From Octopus sinensis (Eukaryota): a DNA stretch of 64,000 nucleotides. Location: assembly GCF_006345805.1 (NCBI RefSeq), contig NC_043005.1:71238001-71302000 (forward strand). Direction: 5' to 3'. Under the pieces are notes generated by a model, which saw only the letters and a list, made by a program, of their open reading frames with translations, was not told the DNA's origin and made no database searches. Made by a program: the position numbers and the translations under genes. Below are positions 14,697-27,131 of this stretch, one piece after another. Positions within the stretch are counted from its first letter, which is position 1. Every line of letters starts with the position of its first letter.

Positions 14697-15830
14697 AACT
14701 GTTCAACATTTGGTAGATTGAGGCGAATTTCAACTGCATCACCTGCTACACTTCTGTGTTTCTGGGGTGTGTGCAGCATTGTGTGTTCTTTTCTGCTGTT
14801 GGGAGTGCGTAAACTCTTCCTGGTACTGTACTGTGTTAGTTTTCTTTTTTTTTTCTCTTGAGGTGTGGTGCAGTCTTTTGTTGTAACTGTTTGTACTGTG
14901 TGTTGAGTGTATAATGCATTGGTTATTTGGCTTGCTGGTGTAAGTTTATTTCACTGGGCAATTTCTGTACAAAGTGTCTTGTATTTGTGGGTTGTTATGT
15001 ATTATTAGATTGCTAGTGTCATGTGTAAGATGGGGGCTGTTCCTAGCAGGGCTAATTTTTGGACAATGTGTAGTATTGAGGATCCTGGTATAGCTTCTAT
15101 GTTTTAGTTCATACGTTTTTTTTTATTTTATCATGCCCAATGCTCCAGTTATTATTGGTATTGTTTTTACCTTCATGCCCACATCTTACATACTTCAATT
15201 TCAAGGTCTTTATACTTTGACAATTTCTCCACTTCTTTTTTGACAATGTTTTGATCAGAAGGGAGAGCAATGTCTATCAGTAAGCTGGGGCCTTTTTTTT
15301 TCCCAATCTGGATGATTATATTTTATTTCTTTGTCGGTTTGAACTGGTATATCCCTAATGATTGTGGCTTGGTCGTTGTCTTGTACCTTGCTTGGCACAT
15401 GCTTATACCAACTGCTGTCAGTTTTGATGCTGTAATTTTGGTATATTGTCCAGTGGATATAGCTGCTAAATTTGTTATGTCTGTATATTTGTTCCGACTT
15501 GGCGAGGACTGGGCAGCCTTAGATGATATGGTCAACTGTCGCAATGAGCTGGTTGCACATTCTGCATTTGGTGTTGAGGCCTGTTTTCATTATTTTGTTT
15601 TTATAATTGTTTGTGGTCAGGCATTGGTCTTGTGCAGCAAGAACCAGTCCTTCCGTTTCAGCTTTTAGCCCAGAGCTTTTGAGCCGTTGTTGGTTTTTAC
15701 TTAGGCTCACTCCCTCTCTGTCAAACCTTGCAGGGTATTAGCCACGAAGTGATTTTCCTCTCCATTTCTTCTTCAGTATCTTTTGTAATTCTGTTTTCAT
15801 GTTGTTTTTTTTTGTCTCTTTGACCATTTG
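14697..15830 (-). mobile_element. Third Dong/R4-type 3' fragment
   Basis: SSGLKAETEGLVLAAQDQCL...CRMCNQLIATVDHII*GC...IVQKLALLGTAPIL; several stops; (ATT)n at the 3' end. Confidence 0.85.
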
Positions 15831-15850
15831 TGTCATGTTGTCATCTGCGA

Positions 15851-15897
15851 TCAGTGTATCAGTGTATCAGTGTATCAGTGTATCAGTGTATCAGTGT
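15851..15897. repeat. (TCAGTGTA) x6 tandem repeat
   Basis: Directly visible. Confidence 0.95.
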
Positions 15898-15929
15898 AGT
15901 TTATCATTGTTATTATGATTGTGTGATGA

Positions 15930-16812
15930 CATTCATTCTTCAGAAGACTCTGGCGACTGATGAGAATGAACTAGCTAGTCTGCTCCTGAGGACTTTCTGG
16001 TTGGGAATTATCATGGATAAGATGTCCTTGGCCAGGCAGTGCTTCTGGTGGTGTACTACCGGTTCAAGATAAACCCTACAGATATGGATGTGCTGTCAGA
16101 TGGGCTTGTCTGAGGTGTGTGCAGAGTGACAAAACTGTTCTGTACACCCTTATTCAATGTCCAGGCATTGCTAAGTTGTGGGGTCATGTCAAACTGCTGC
16201 TGTTGCATGTGGGATGGATCCATCTGTCAGCCAAGTCTGTAATGATGATTGCTCTGTCACCCTCCTTCAATCGGGCAGGCAAGGAAATTTTCTTTTGCTT
16301 GATGGTTGTGGCAGAAGAAGTTATTTGGTGGACAGGGCTAAAAGGCATGAGGACAGATCCATTCCTCTTTGATACAGCTCACATTGACTTCAAGTTTCAC
16401 TTGAAAATGAAATTGAGAGTGGAGAGAAAAGTGCTACCCTCAAGTGAGTTTATTGAAAGGTGACTGAAAGGTGAAAAAATAGCAAGAGTGAATGATATCT
16501 CTCTAAGTGTAGACATGTGAGTCAGAGACATGGAATTGGAGAGGGCACTTGCTCCTGGGGTTTCAGGGAAATCTCAGACTGTGGGGTTTCTCGATTATCC
16601 CTAGAGGCCTTCCTGTATCAGGAGGGCCACATCCTTATCATCCCCCTACCACTTTCTTTTAGCCCCTGTATGCTATGCATATGTCCCTTTTTCAGTGTAC
16701 ACAGTGTATACGGTCTTTCTTTTTATCATTTCATTATATGTAAACCCTCACGCTTCATGTCTGTCTTTGTATTGTCCCCCTCATCCTTCACCCTTGTGTC
16801 AAATAAATGAAA
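15930..16812 (+). mobile_element. Tx1/L1-like LINE 3' end (zinc knuckle, ORF2 C-terminus, 3' UTR)
   Basis: ACLRCVQSDKTVLYTLIQCP (degenerate CCHC) ...EVIWWTGLKG...FKFHLKMKLRVERKVL..SEFIER; AATAAA-like signal near 16801. Clade is inferred. Confidence 0.6.
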
Positions 16813-17052
16813 CCATTATTGTTATTATCATTATTATCATCATTATTATTACCATCATCATCATCATCATCATTATCATTATTATCATTATCATCATTAT
16901 TATTATTATTATTATTATTATCATATTATTATTATTATTATTATCATCATCATTGGTGGTGGTGTTGCTGGTGGTGGTGGTGCAGCAGCAGCAGCAGCAG
17001 CAGCAGTAGCAGCAGCAGCAGCAGTAGCAGTAGCAGTAGTAGTAGTAGTAGC

Positions 17053-17101
<49 letters not shown>

Positions 17102-17130
17102 ATAGTAGTAGTAGCAGCAGCAGCACCAGT
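16812..17130. repeat. Compound (ATT/CAT/GTG/GCA/GTA)n microsatellite
   Basis: Directly visible. Confidence 0.95.
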
Positions 17131-17602
17131 TGTAGTAAGTATACTCCTTGTGATAATATGAAAAGGGCTACTTTGTCGTTTTTTGCTGAGGGATTTGTAG
17201 TTCTGGTAGATCTGACTAAATTAAAATCCCATACATCGACTATACACTCGTATTGCCATTGTCACTTCTATGTACTAAGCTAAACAGATTATATACAAGT
17301 TTTCTAACATTGTTCGCTTATATGAAGCATTGAAATCAATTAAATTATAAGGCATAAGCATTCTTCTACTATCAGGCTTATCTGTGCCCATGGTGCTACC
17401 AAATCAGCATACAAGTTTAATTATTGAAATGGAAGTGAATTACTCTAGTAAGGCTGCTATTTCAAACAAACGTCAACTACTTGATTGAAACATTTATTTG
17501 CCTTAAGGCTGTGAGGCATATGCATACAGTTACGAGGTTCCTAAAAAACTGAATTTGTTCTACAGTGAAATTGCCATGCAAAAGAAAAAATATATATTCT
17601 CT

Positions 17603-18180
17603 CTCTTTTACTCTTTTACTTGTTTCAGTCATTTGACTGCGGCCATGCTGAAGCACTGCCTTTAGTCAAGCAAATCGACCCCAGAACTTATTCTTTGTAA
17701 GCCTAGTACTTATTCTATTGGTCTCTTTTGCTGAACCGCTAAGTTATGGAGATGTAAACACACCAGCATCGGTTGTCAAGCAATGTTGGGTGGACAAACA
17801 CAGACACACAAACACACTCATACATATATATGATAGGCTTCTTTCAGTTTCCATATGCCAAATCCACTCACAAGGCTTTGGTTGGCCCAAGGCTATAGTA
17901 GAAGACACTTGCCCAAGGTGCCAAGGTGGGGCTGTTGTCAAGCAGTGGCAGGGGACAAAACAGATACACGAAGGTGCATAGGCACACATACAAACACACA
18001 CACATATACATACACACATACATATGATGAATTCTTTCAGTTTCCATCTTCTAAATCCACACACACTGCTTTGGTCAGTCTCAGACTATAGTAGAAGACA
18101 TTCGCTCAAGGTGCTATGCAGTGGGACTGAACCTGAGACTATGTTGTTGGGAAGCAAGCTCCTTAACACACAGCCATGCC
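17603..18180 (-). mobile_element. Two overlapping partial SINE A copies
   Basis: The central and head-side segments occur twice (to ~17915 and ~17930-18180). Confidence 0.8.
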
Positions 18181-18492
18181 AAATAATAATTTTTAAAAAA
18201 ACATCATTAAATATATATTATTTGCATCTGATTTGCCAGCTTTAGGCAATTTCCAAATATAGACAATTCTAGTTTCTTTTGAAATTTCAGTGAAGGTGAA
18301 ATGAAGAGACAAAGGTGCATCGGTGATGTATATTAATCCTATAGTATTTAAATCAGTCATAACCAGCCTGAAAATTCTACCTGTTTTATATTCAGACTGG
18401 TCATATCTGGCCTCTCATGCCTGCCCTACAACGTCATTATAAAAATAAACAACCACATCATCAGAATCTTGATGTTATCAGATAATTCAAGA

Positions 18493-18849
18493 TATAGGCG
18501 CAGGAGTGGCTGTGTGGTAAGTAGCTTGCTTACCAACCACATGGTTCTGGGTTCAGTCCCACTGTGTGGCACCTTGGGCAAGTGTCTTCTACTATAGCCT
18601 TGGGCCGACCAAAGCCTTGTGAGTGGATTTGGTAGACAGAAACTGAAAGAAGTCCATCGTATATATATATGTATATATATAGGAGAGTTTACAAAAAAAA
18701 CAAAAGACGAAGACAGGTGGTGTACAAAACAAACAGATGTATTAGTATAATGCTCAGGAATAGAAAAAGTCTTTTACGTTTCGAGTCTACGCTCTTCTAC
18801 AGAAAGGGACACAGAAAAAACAAGGAGAGGAGCAAGGAGAGAAAAACAA

Positions 18850-18883
<34 letters not shown>

Positions 18884-19111
18884 GTGAATGTGTGTATATA
18901 TCTTTGTGTGTATGTGTTTGTATCCCCAACATCGCTTGACAACCGATGCTAGTGTGTTTACGTCCCCATAACTTAGCAGTTCAGCAAGAGACACTGATAG
19001 AATAAGTACTAGGCTTACAAAGAATAAGTCCTGGGGTCAATTTGCTCAACTAAAGGTGGTGCTCCAGCATGGCCCCAGTGAAATGACTGAAACAAGTAAA
19101 AGAGTAAAAGA
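18493..19111 (+). mobile_element. SINE family A carrying an internal HHR-like element
   Basis: Head at 18493, tail at 19111; 170-bp insert in the central (TA)n. Confidence 0.9.
18681..18850 (-). mobile_element. Short HHR-like repeat, family H1 (motif 18771-18806)
   Basis: Homologous to 45722-45872 and 58413-58621; minus strand cttt-CTGTAGA-a-gagc gtag actc-GAAAC-GTA-aaag. Confidence 0.7.
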
Positions 19112-19186
19112 ATGTGTATGATTAACTCAAATGCATAATCAATTCAAAGCAATGTGAATAAATAAGTATTACACTTGCCACGTGAA

Positions 19187-19522
19187 GGCACGTGGCTCAG
19201 TGGTTAGAGCGTCGAGCTTACGATCGTGAGGTTATGAGCTCGAATCCCAGACCGGGCTGCGTGTTGTGTTCTTGAGCAAGACACTTTATTTCACGTTGCT
19301 CCAGTTCACTCAGCTGTAGAAATGAGTTGCGATGTCACAGGTGCCAAGCTGTATCAGCCCTTACCTTTCCCTTGGACAACATCGGTGATGTGGAGAGGGG
19401 AGACCGGTATGCATGGGCGACTGCTGGTCTTCCATAACAAACAACCTTGCCCAGACTTGTGCCTCAGAGGGTAACTCTCTAGGTGTAAACCCATGGTCAG
19501 TGTCTGACCGAAGGGGGTCACC
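19187..19522 (+). mobile_element. tRNA-headed SINE (third family)
   Basis: ggcacgtggctcagtggttagagcg...gagctcgaatccc (A/B boxes) followed by a ttgagcaagacact core-like segment; no complete acceptor stem. Confidence 0.75.
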
Positions 19523-20169
19523 ATATCACCACACTTGCTAGATAATCTGAAAGCTGCAGGGTTAACCTCAGGCAGAAATTGCTTTTATACATATCTGATC
19601 ATAAGAACCCAGAAAGAACTGAACGCTTCTAGCCAGACCGACACAAAAATGCTTATTCTCATACTGTTATTTACCAAAATGCTCATATATTTTATAGTGG
19701 TTCTGTCAATTAAAGCAGTGAACCTGTATGAACTCTTTGACAACTCTTTACAGACAATTGAAACTTAAATGTCTTGGCTATAAACAAACACTTATGCCAG
19801 ATGTAACCACTGACCTCTTAGTTATTTGTCTGCAACCTCATGCAGCCAGCAGTAGTTCTCATCACTTACTAATATATGCATATAATCATGATTAAAAGTT
19901 CAACTATCCTTTCTTCTCTTAGCATAACAATTGAAATGCATTCAGTTAGTTTAATAATCAGACGAACCATTAGAAAATATAAATCGTTCAATATTTAATT
20001 GTTTAACAGACTCGCCTCTCGTTTATTCAGCCATATTAATTAATTGTTATATTTTAATTACCTAAATGGATAATGGATATGTAAATACATAGAATATGTA
20101 TGTGCCTGCTTGTGTGTGTTTGAGCATGTATGTATATATGTGTGTAAGGGTGAGAGTGTACATGCATGT

Positions 20170-21075
<906 letters not shown>

Positions 21076-22260
21076 ATATATAACACACCTTATTTATATA
21101 AATAAATGAACACATGATAACATCAAAGACAATATAACCTTCATCCCATCCAGTGTTAAGCTAGTTTTAATTATGCACAAAAATTATATTAAACTAAGTT
21201 AAACCATTCTCATCAGCTTCTACACTTCTACAGACTAGTGAATAATTTTCATCAAATTGGTAGTCATCAGAGCATAGAAAAAAATGTGTTTGTTCTAGTT
21301 CATTACACACCCCTCATGTGCCTGTCGTCGTAACCATCATCATCATCATCATTATTTAAAGTCTGCTTTCCTTGCTGGCATGCGTTGGATAGTTTGACAG
21401 GATTCAATGTCCAGGGTCTGTATGGAACTCCGCTGTCTGATTTGGTACGGTCTCTACAGCTGATTGTCCTTCCAAATGAATGACAAACACTGTGTTGTAG
21501 GTGTTTTTCATGCTTCAGCACTAATGAGGTCACTGTGTAGCTCATAAGATTACCAACATAGAGATTAACAACCTCCTAGCAGATGAGGGGGTGAGTGTAT
21601 GAGAGAAGGATTCTTGTAGAGATGCTGCACAGTTATCACATTTAGTAGAGGAAAGGAGAGAATGATCGGTAGGAGATGTGAAGAGATAGATAGGAAATAC
21701 GGTGTCCATGTGGTCCCACAAGGCACAAGGTAAGTAGAAGTGGTGGGTGAGGCTATTTCAAGATTGTGATGGAAGCACATTATGTGGGGAGAGGAGAGAA
21801 CCTGGAGCTGTAAAAGAAGTTAGGTGAAAACCACCAAGGAGACTGGCATGGCAGCTGAAACCAGATCATTGTGGCTATGGTTGACAAGAGCTCACAAATG
21901 GAACCATTTTGTGGCTAAAAACTAATTTGGTCTTTGATGCCCATTCAAGCAAAGGATGCAAGCCAAGAAGTGAAATACTCATGTCTCCAAGTTACCTACA
22001 AATGATAACAAATCGATTTCAACTTTGCAATGAATTCAGAAGAGGAGCTTGTAATATATCTGAGTAGCTCTATGCAGTTTATGCATAGGGCGAAGCATCT
22101 ATAATGTCCTATTTCATCTATGTTGTATCATGGGAGAGACATTTTACTAATAGGAATTACACACTCGTACTTCTGCAGGGTGTCTATGAAATATTTTTAA
22201 AAGAAAAACAAAAGAAAGGTACCTCAGCAGGTTGAACAAAGCCAATGAAACCCATGTGGA

Positions 22261-22682
22261 ACTCTCTTTTACTCTTTTACTCTTTTACTTGTTTCAGTCA
22301 TTTGACTGCGACCATGCTGGAGCACCGCCTTTAGTCGAGCAAATCGACCCCGGGACTTATTCTTTGTAAGCCCAGTACTTATTCTATCGGTCTCTTTTGC
22401 CGAACCGCTAAGTGACGTGGACGTAAACACACCAGCATCGGTTGTCAAGCAATGCTAGGGGGACAAACACAGACACACAAACATATATACACACACATAT
22501 ATATATATACATATATACGACAGGCTTCTTTCAGTTTCCGTCTACCAAATCCACTCACAAGGCATTGGTCGGCCCGGGGCTATAGCAGAAGACACTTGCC
22601 CAAGATGCCACGCAGTGGGACTGAACCCGGAACCATGTGGTTGGTTAGCAAGCTACTTACCACACAGCCACTCCTGCGCCTG
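22261..22682 (-). mobile_element. SINE family A, well-conserved copy
   Basis: Complete head to (actctttt)x3 tail; CpGs retained. Confidence 0.93.
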
Positions 22683-22828
22683 TTCAGATATTTCTAATAA
22701 AACTTTATTTGTTTGCCATGTTTTCCAATAAATTCTGTTGAATTATCCTCATGTTAATTCTTAATGATTTTAAATTGTAAAGGTAATTTACGGACAACCT
22801 GTATTTAACTTCTTTTTCTTTTATTATT

Positions 22829-23217
22829 AGGCACAGGCAAGGCTGTCTGGTAAGAAGCTTGCTTCCCAGCCAAATGGTTTCATGTTCAGTCCTGCTGCAT
22901 GGCTTCTTGGACAAATGTCTTCTACTAGAGCCTTCAACTAACCAAAGCCTTGTGAGTAAATTTGGTAGACAGAAACTAAAAGAAGCCCATCATGTGTGTG
23001 TGCGTGTGTACGTTGTGTCTTTGTATATCTGTTTGTCCTCCACCACTCCTTGACAACCAGTGTTGGTGTGTTTATGTCCCTGTAACTTTGTGGTTCAGCA
23101 AAAGAGACTGATAGAATATGTTCTAAGCTTTAACAGAAAATCCTTGGGTCGATTTGTTCGACTAAAACCCCTCAAGGCAGTGTCCAGCATGGTTGAAACA
23201 AGTAAAAGATAAAAGAT
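22829..23217 (+). mobile_element. SINE family A, diverged
   Basis: Head and tail recognisable. Confidence 0.8.
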
Positions 23218-23832
23218 GCACACACACACACACACACACACATACACATATGAGAGAAAAAGAGAGGAAGAAGTGAGGAAGAAAAACTAAAAGAAAGAGA
23301 GAGGACAAGAAAACGGTTGAGAAAGGCAAAGTCAAAGGTGAAAGGAGAAAATTATATATGACACTAAATTTTAATGTTGTACAGCAAGCCAACTGGGAAG
23401 AGGCGGGGGCGGGGTGGGAGTAGAAGTTTTGTTTATTTTGCAAGTAATTATATTTCTTCACAGAATTGAACCAGTCTCCCTGATCGCCTTATTTTTGACT
23501 GTCCAAAAAAAAATATCTATAAAGGTACTAGTTTTAGAGTTACCTAAATGATGGGATGCTGAAATGTTCCTGGTGTTAAAGGTATCATGAAAGGCCTGGT
23601 TGGAGGCCTAATCTTCCAAGTTCTTTTACAGGGCTCAGAAAAACTGGAGGACCACTGCAATAAGAATGTTAATCTGAGAAGGGAATATGTTGAATAAAAT
23701 CATAATTAACTGATCCTCTTATATTTTCTTTTACCAAAAGCCAGGAACTTGTCAGCATCTCTTTGTATATGCAATGTATATGGCAAAAAATGTATAGGTA
23801 TATACAGTATAATATTTAAACACTGTTTCAAT

Positions 23833-24039
23833 AAGGTAGCAAGCTGGCAGAATTGTTAGCACGCCGAGCAAAATGCTTAGCAGTATTTTGGCTGTCTTTA
23901 AATTCCACCAAGGTCGACTTTGCCTTTCATCCTTTCAAGGTTGATAAATTAAGTACTAGTTGTGTACTGGGGTTGATCTAATTGACTGAACACCGCTTCC
24001 CCAAAATTTCAGGCCTTGTGCCTAGAATAGAAAAGAATT
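23833..24039 (+). mobile_element. SINE family B, short-tail subfamily
   Basis: Head/core as other B copies; tail aatttcaggccttgtgcctagaatagaaaaga. Confidence 0.85.
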
Positions 24040-24049
24040 TTGAAACACT

Positions 24050-24151
24050 GCACTTCCAGATCAAACTGGAGCCTGGTGCAGCCTCCTGGCTTCCCAGACC
24101 CCAGTTGAACTGTCCAACCCATGCTAGCATGGAAAACGGACGTTAAACGAC

Positions 24152-24188
<37 letters not shown>

Positions 24189-24190
24189 TT
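24050..24190 (+). mobile_element. RTE 3' tail with (GAT)n
   Basis: Matches 38830-38948. Confidence 0.88.
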
Positions 24191-24447
24191 GCTGCAGCAA
24201 TAATCAACAGAAGTGTGTGTGTGTGTGTGTTTACAAATATATAGAGACAAATAAATAGAAGAATAGATAGGTAGATGGTTCAATAGATACAGTGATTCAA
24301 ACATACATCTCTACTTAAATGAATAAGTGTAATTTGATATGTGTCACTACACGAAACTCTCAGCCCTTCAGTCACTCAGTAACTTTTGCCAAACATTAAT
24401 GTTAATAAATGAATACATACATATACATATACATATATACATATATA

Positions 24448-25385
24448 TGAGCTGGACAAAATATACAAGTGGGCTGAAAAGAATAGCATGCAGTTCAATG
24501 CTGAAAAGTTTCAAGCTCTATGCTATCAGCACGCAAAACTAAATGCAATACCCAATAAATACACTGGACCTGGAGGGACTGCAATCCCAGAGGCACAATC
24601 AGTGCGAGACCTGGGTATTTACGTGAGTGATGATGCAACCTTTCATGTGCATGTTGCTAAATTGGCAATGAAATGTAGGCGGCTGACCAGATGGATTCTT
24701 GAATCTTCAGAACAAGAGACCAGGAAACCATGATGGTCCTCTGGAGGACACTTGTCCTAAGCCACTTTGACTATTGCTCTCAGCTATGGTCACCATCCAG
24801 TGTCAAGTTAATCACAGAACTTGAGGCGATCCAACGAAGCTACATGAAGAAGATAGCAGCATATAAGCTATTGGGAAAGACTCAAGGGATTGAGACTCTA
24901 TTCCTTAGAGTGTAGGCGAGAAAGATATGCCATAATATACATCTGGAAGATCCTAGAAGGACTTGTCCCAAACTTTGGCATCGAGAGTTACACAAATGCC
25001 AGAAATGGGTGCCACTGCATAGTGCCAAGGACTCCAAATTTGCCATCAAGATGTAGGACAAGATATTGTGATAGCCTGGGCTTCCAAGGCCCACAGCTCT
25101 TCAATATCCTCCCAAAGAACCTAAGAGACCTGCATGGGGTGGATGCAGATGTCTTTAAAATGAAACTGGATCTCTTCTTGTCAGGTATCCCAGATGAACC
25201 AACTTCACGGCTGGAGGTGCAGATGAGGACTGCTGCATCGAACTCTCTCATGCACCAAATGGCAATTGCTAAAAAGCATTCATGAAGTAAAATCATGTAG
25301 CAAAACCAAATGGTGATGCCCCAGCATGGCCACGGCTTGTGAGCTGAAACTAGATATATAAAAAAAGTAAATAAATAAATAAAAT
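24448..25385 (+). mobile_element. CR1/L2-group LINE 3' fragment (RT C-terminus, 3' UTR)
   Basis: ELDKIYKWAEKNSMQFNAEKF..VRDLGI..LVLSHFDYCSQLWSP..LEAIQR..LYSLECRRER..GPQLFNILPKNLR..FKMKLDLFL, with frameshifts. Confidence 0.85.
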
Positions 25386-25390
25386 ATATT

Positions 25391-25610
25391 TCATCATCAT
25401 CATCATCAGTATCGCTTAACGTCCGTTTTCCACGCTGGCATGTGTTGGACGATACGACTGGAGTCTGGGAAGCCAGGAGGCTGCACCAGGCCCCAATCTG
25501 ATCTGGCAGTGTTTCTACAGTTGGGTGCCCTTCCTAATGCCAACCACTCTGAGAGTGTAGTGGGTGCTTTTTACGTGCCACCAGAACAAGGGGCCAGAGG
25601 AGCCGGCATT
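25391..25610 (-). mobile_element. RTE 3' tail
   Basis: Reverse complement of the RTE 3' UTR end with (GAT)n. Confidence 0.88.
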
Positions 25611-25617
25611 AATTAAA

Positions 25618-25734
25618 ATGCTTAAAGCACTTAGGTTTTCCAAGTGGTCACCCATCTAAGTGCTAACTAGGCTTGATGTTGCGTAACTTCAGTGATTGGA
25701 CAAGAACCGATGCTTTCAACATGATATGGCCGTA
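25618..25734 (-). pseudogene. 5S rRNA pseudogene, near full length
   Basis: Minus strand acggccatatcatgttgaaagcatcggttcttgtccaatcactgaagttacgcaacatcaagcctagttagcacttagatgggtgaccacttggaaaacctaagtgctttaagc is colinear with metazoan 5S (box A gaagttaagc-like, box C ggatgggtgacc-like), with many transitions. Confidence 0.9.
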
Positions 25735-25768
25735 ATATATATATACATATATATAAATATACACACAC

Positions 25769-25799
<31 letters not shown>

Positions 25800-25810
25800 C
25801 ATATATACAT

Positions 25811-25867
<57 letters not shown>

Positions 25868-26006
25868 CTCGTATTTTGAGTTCTATTTTCCTGTTTGCCT
25901 CTTCAAATGTACATAGATAAACACAAATGAATGCATGTATGCTTGTATGTATAATATATGAATAGAAATATATGTACAAATAAATAAAATATATGTATAG
26001 ACATGT

Positions 26007-26048
<42 letters not shown>

Positions 26049-26136
26049 ACATATTATACATATATATACATAGACATATATATACACACATATATATTTA
26101 TATAAATATATACATGTATGTTTATATATATATATC

Positions 26137-26172
<36 letters not shown>

Positions 26173-26685
26173 ATATATATACATACACATGCACACACTC
26201 TCAAGAGAATATGTGTATGTGTGTGTATGGAGATATGGTAAAAATCTGGACTATGAGGAAACGGCTGATGGTCTACATCGGAAACAATTAGTCCAGAGGA
26301 GAGTTGATAGGAAAGTTTGATAAGTTCAATCGCCTTTGGGAGATAGATGTAAAGACCAGTGATGAAACAAGCAAACATGGAAATAGACATTGAGAGGAAG
26401 GATAAAGAAGAGGAAGATGATGAAGAGGAAGGAAATGGTGATAAGGATAATGATGATGGCAATACATCAAATACACCCATGCATGTACAGTTCTTTAATA
26501 TATATAAATATGTGCATGTATATACACACACACGCTCATATATAAATATAAATATATATACACATGTATATATAAATATATATATATGCATGTGCATAAA
26601 TATATATATATCTATAAATTTATATACATGTATCTATATATATATATATATGCATATATCTTTCTCTCTATATATATAGATATTG

Positions 26686-26716
<31 letters not shown>

Positions 26717-26717
26717 C

Positions 26718-26774
<57 letters not shown>

Positions 26775-26810
26775 CATACATACATACATATATACATCAT
26801 CATCATCATA
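25735..26810. repeat. Long (TA)n/(CATA)n microsatellite region with small unique inserts
   Basis: Directly visible. Confidence 0.9.
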
Positions 26811-27131
26811 ATCGACAGCAAAATTTTTACATTCATGTTTGCTATGTCAGTATGTTTGAGATTCGCTGAGGCAGTATACTTTGTCTCACTCTCTCTCTTT
26901 CTCTTTCTCTCTCTCTCTATTTGCCTTCCTGTCTCTATCTCAGTCTCTCTGCATAACGTGTGTATCAGCATATATTGTATAATATATAGAAGTGATTTTC
27001 TCACAATAACTCTTGTCAGGACTCTACTTGTCTCTGACGAAACCGTGAGTCCACTACATCTTAGCAGAAACAACTGTGAGGTAATGAAGTTCATATGATA
27101 ACCATTTATACCGTTGTCATCTCTTTTCTTA

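Larger units (their letters stand above)
18333..19177 (+). mobile_element. Non-autonomous repeat (ttaaccc-starting family) split by a SINE A insertion
   Basis: 18333-18490 plus 19112-19177 align with copies at 41838-41970 (+) and 42000-42165 (-). Confidence 0.55.

Noticed and set aside
19187-19260. tRNA genes (also 3113-3175, 53727-53795, 56240-56308, 57290-57356)
   Set aside because: A/B boxes present but no closed acceptor stem; they are SINE heads.
26255-26300. HHR-like fragments here and at ~20790-20830, ~27030-27055, 39025-39041, ~43360-43372, 43626-43641
   Set aside because: Only half of the core or no stem I pairing; excluded from the count.
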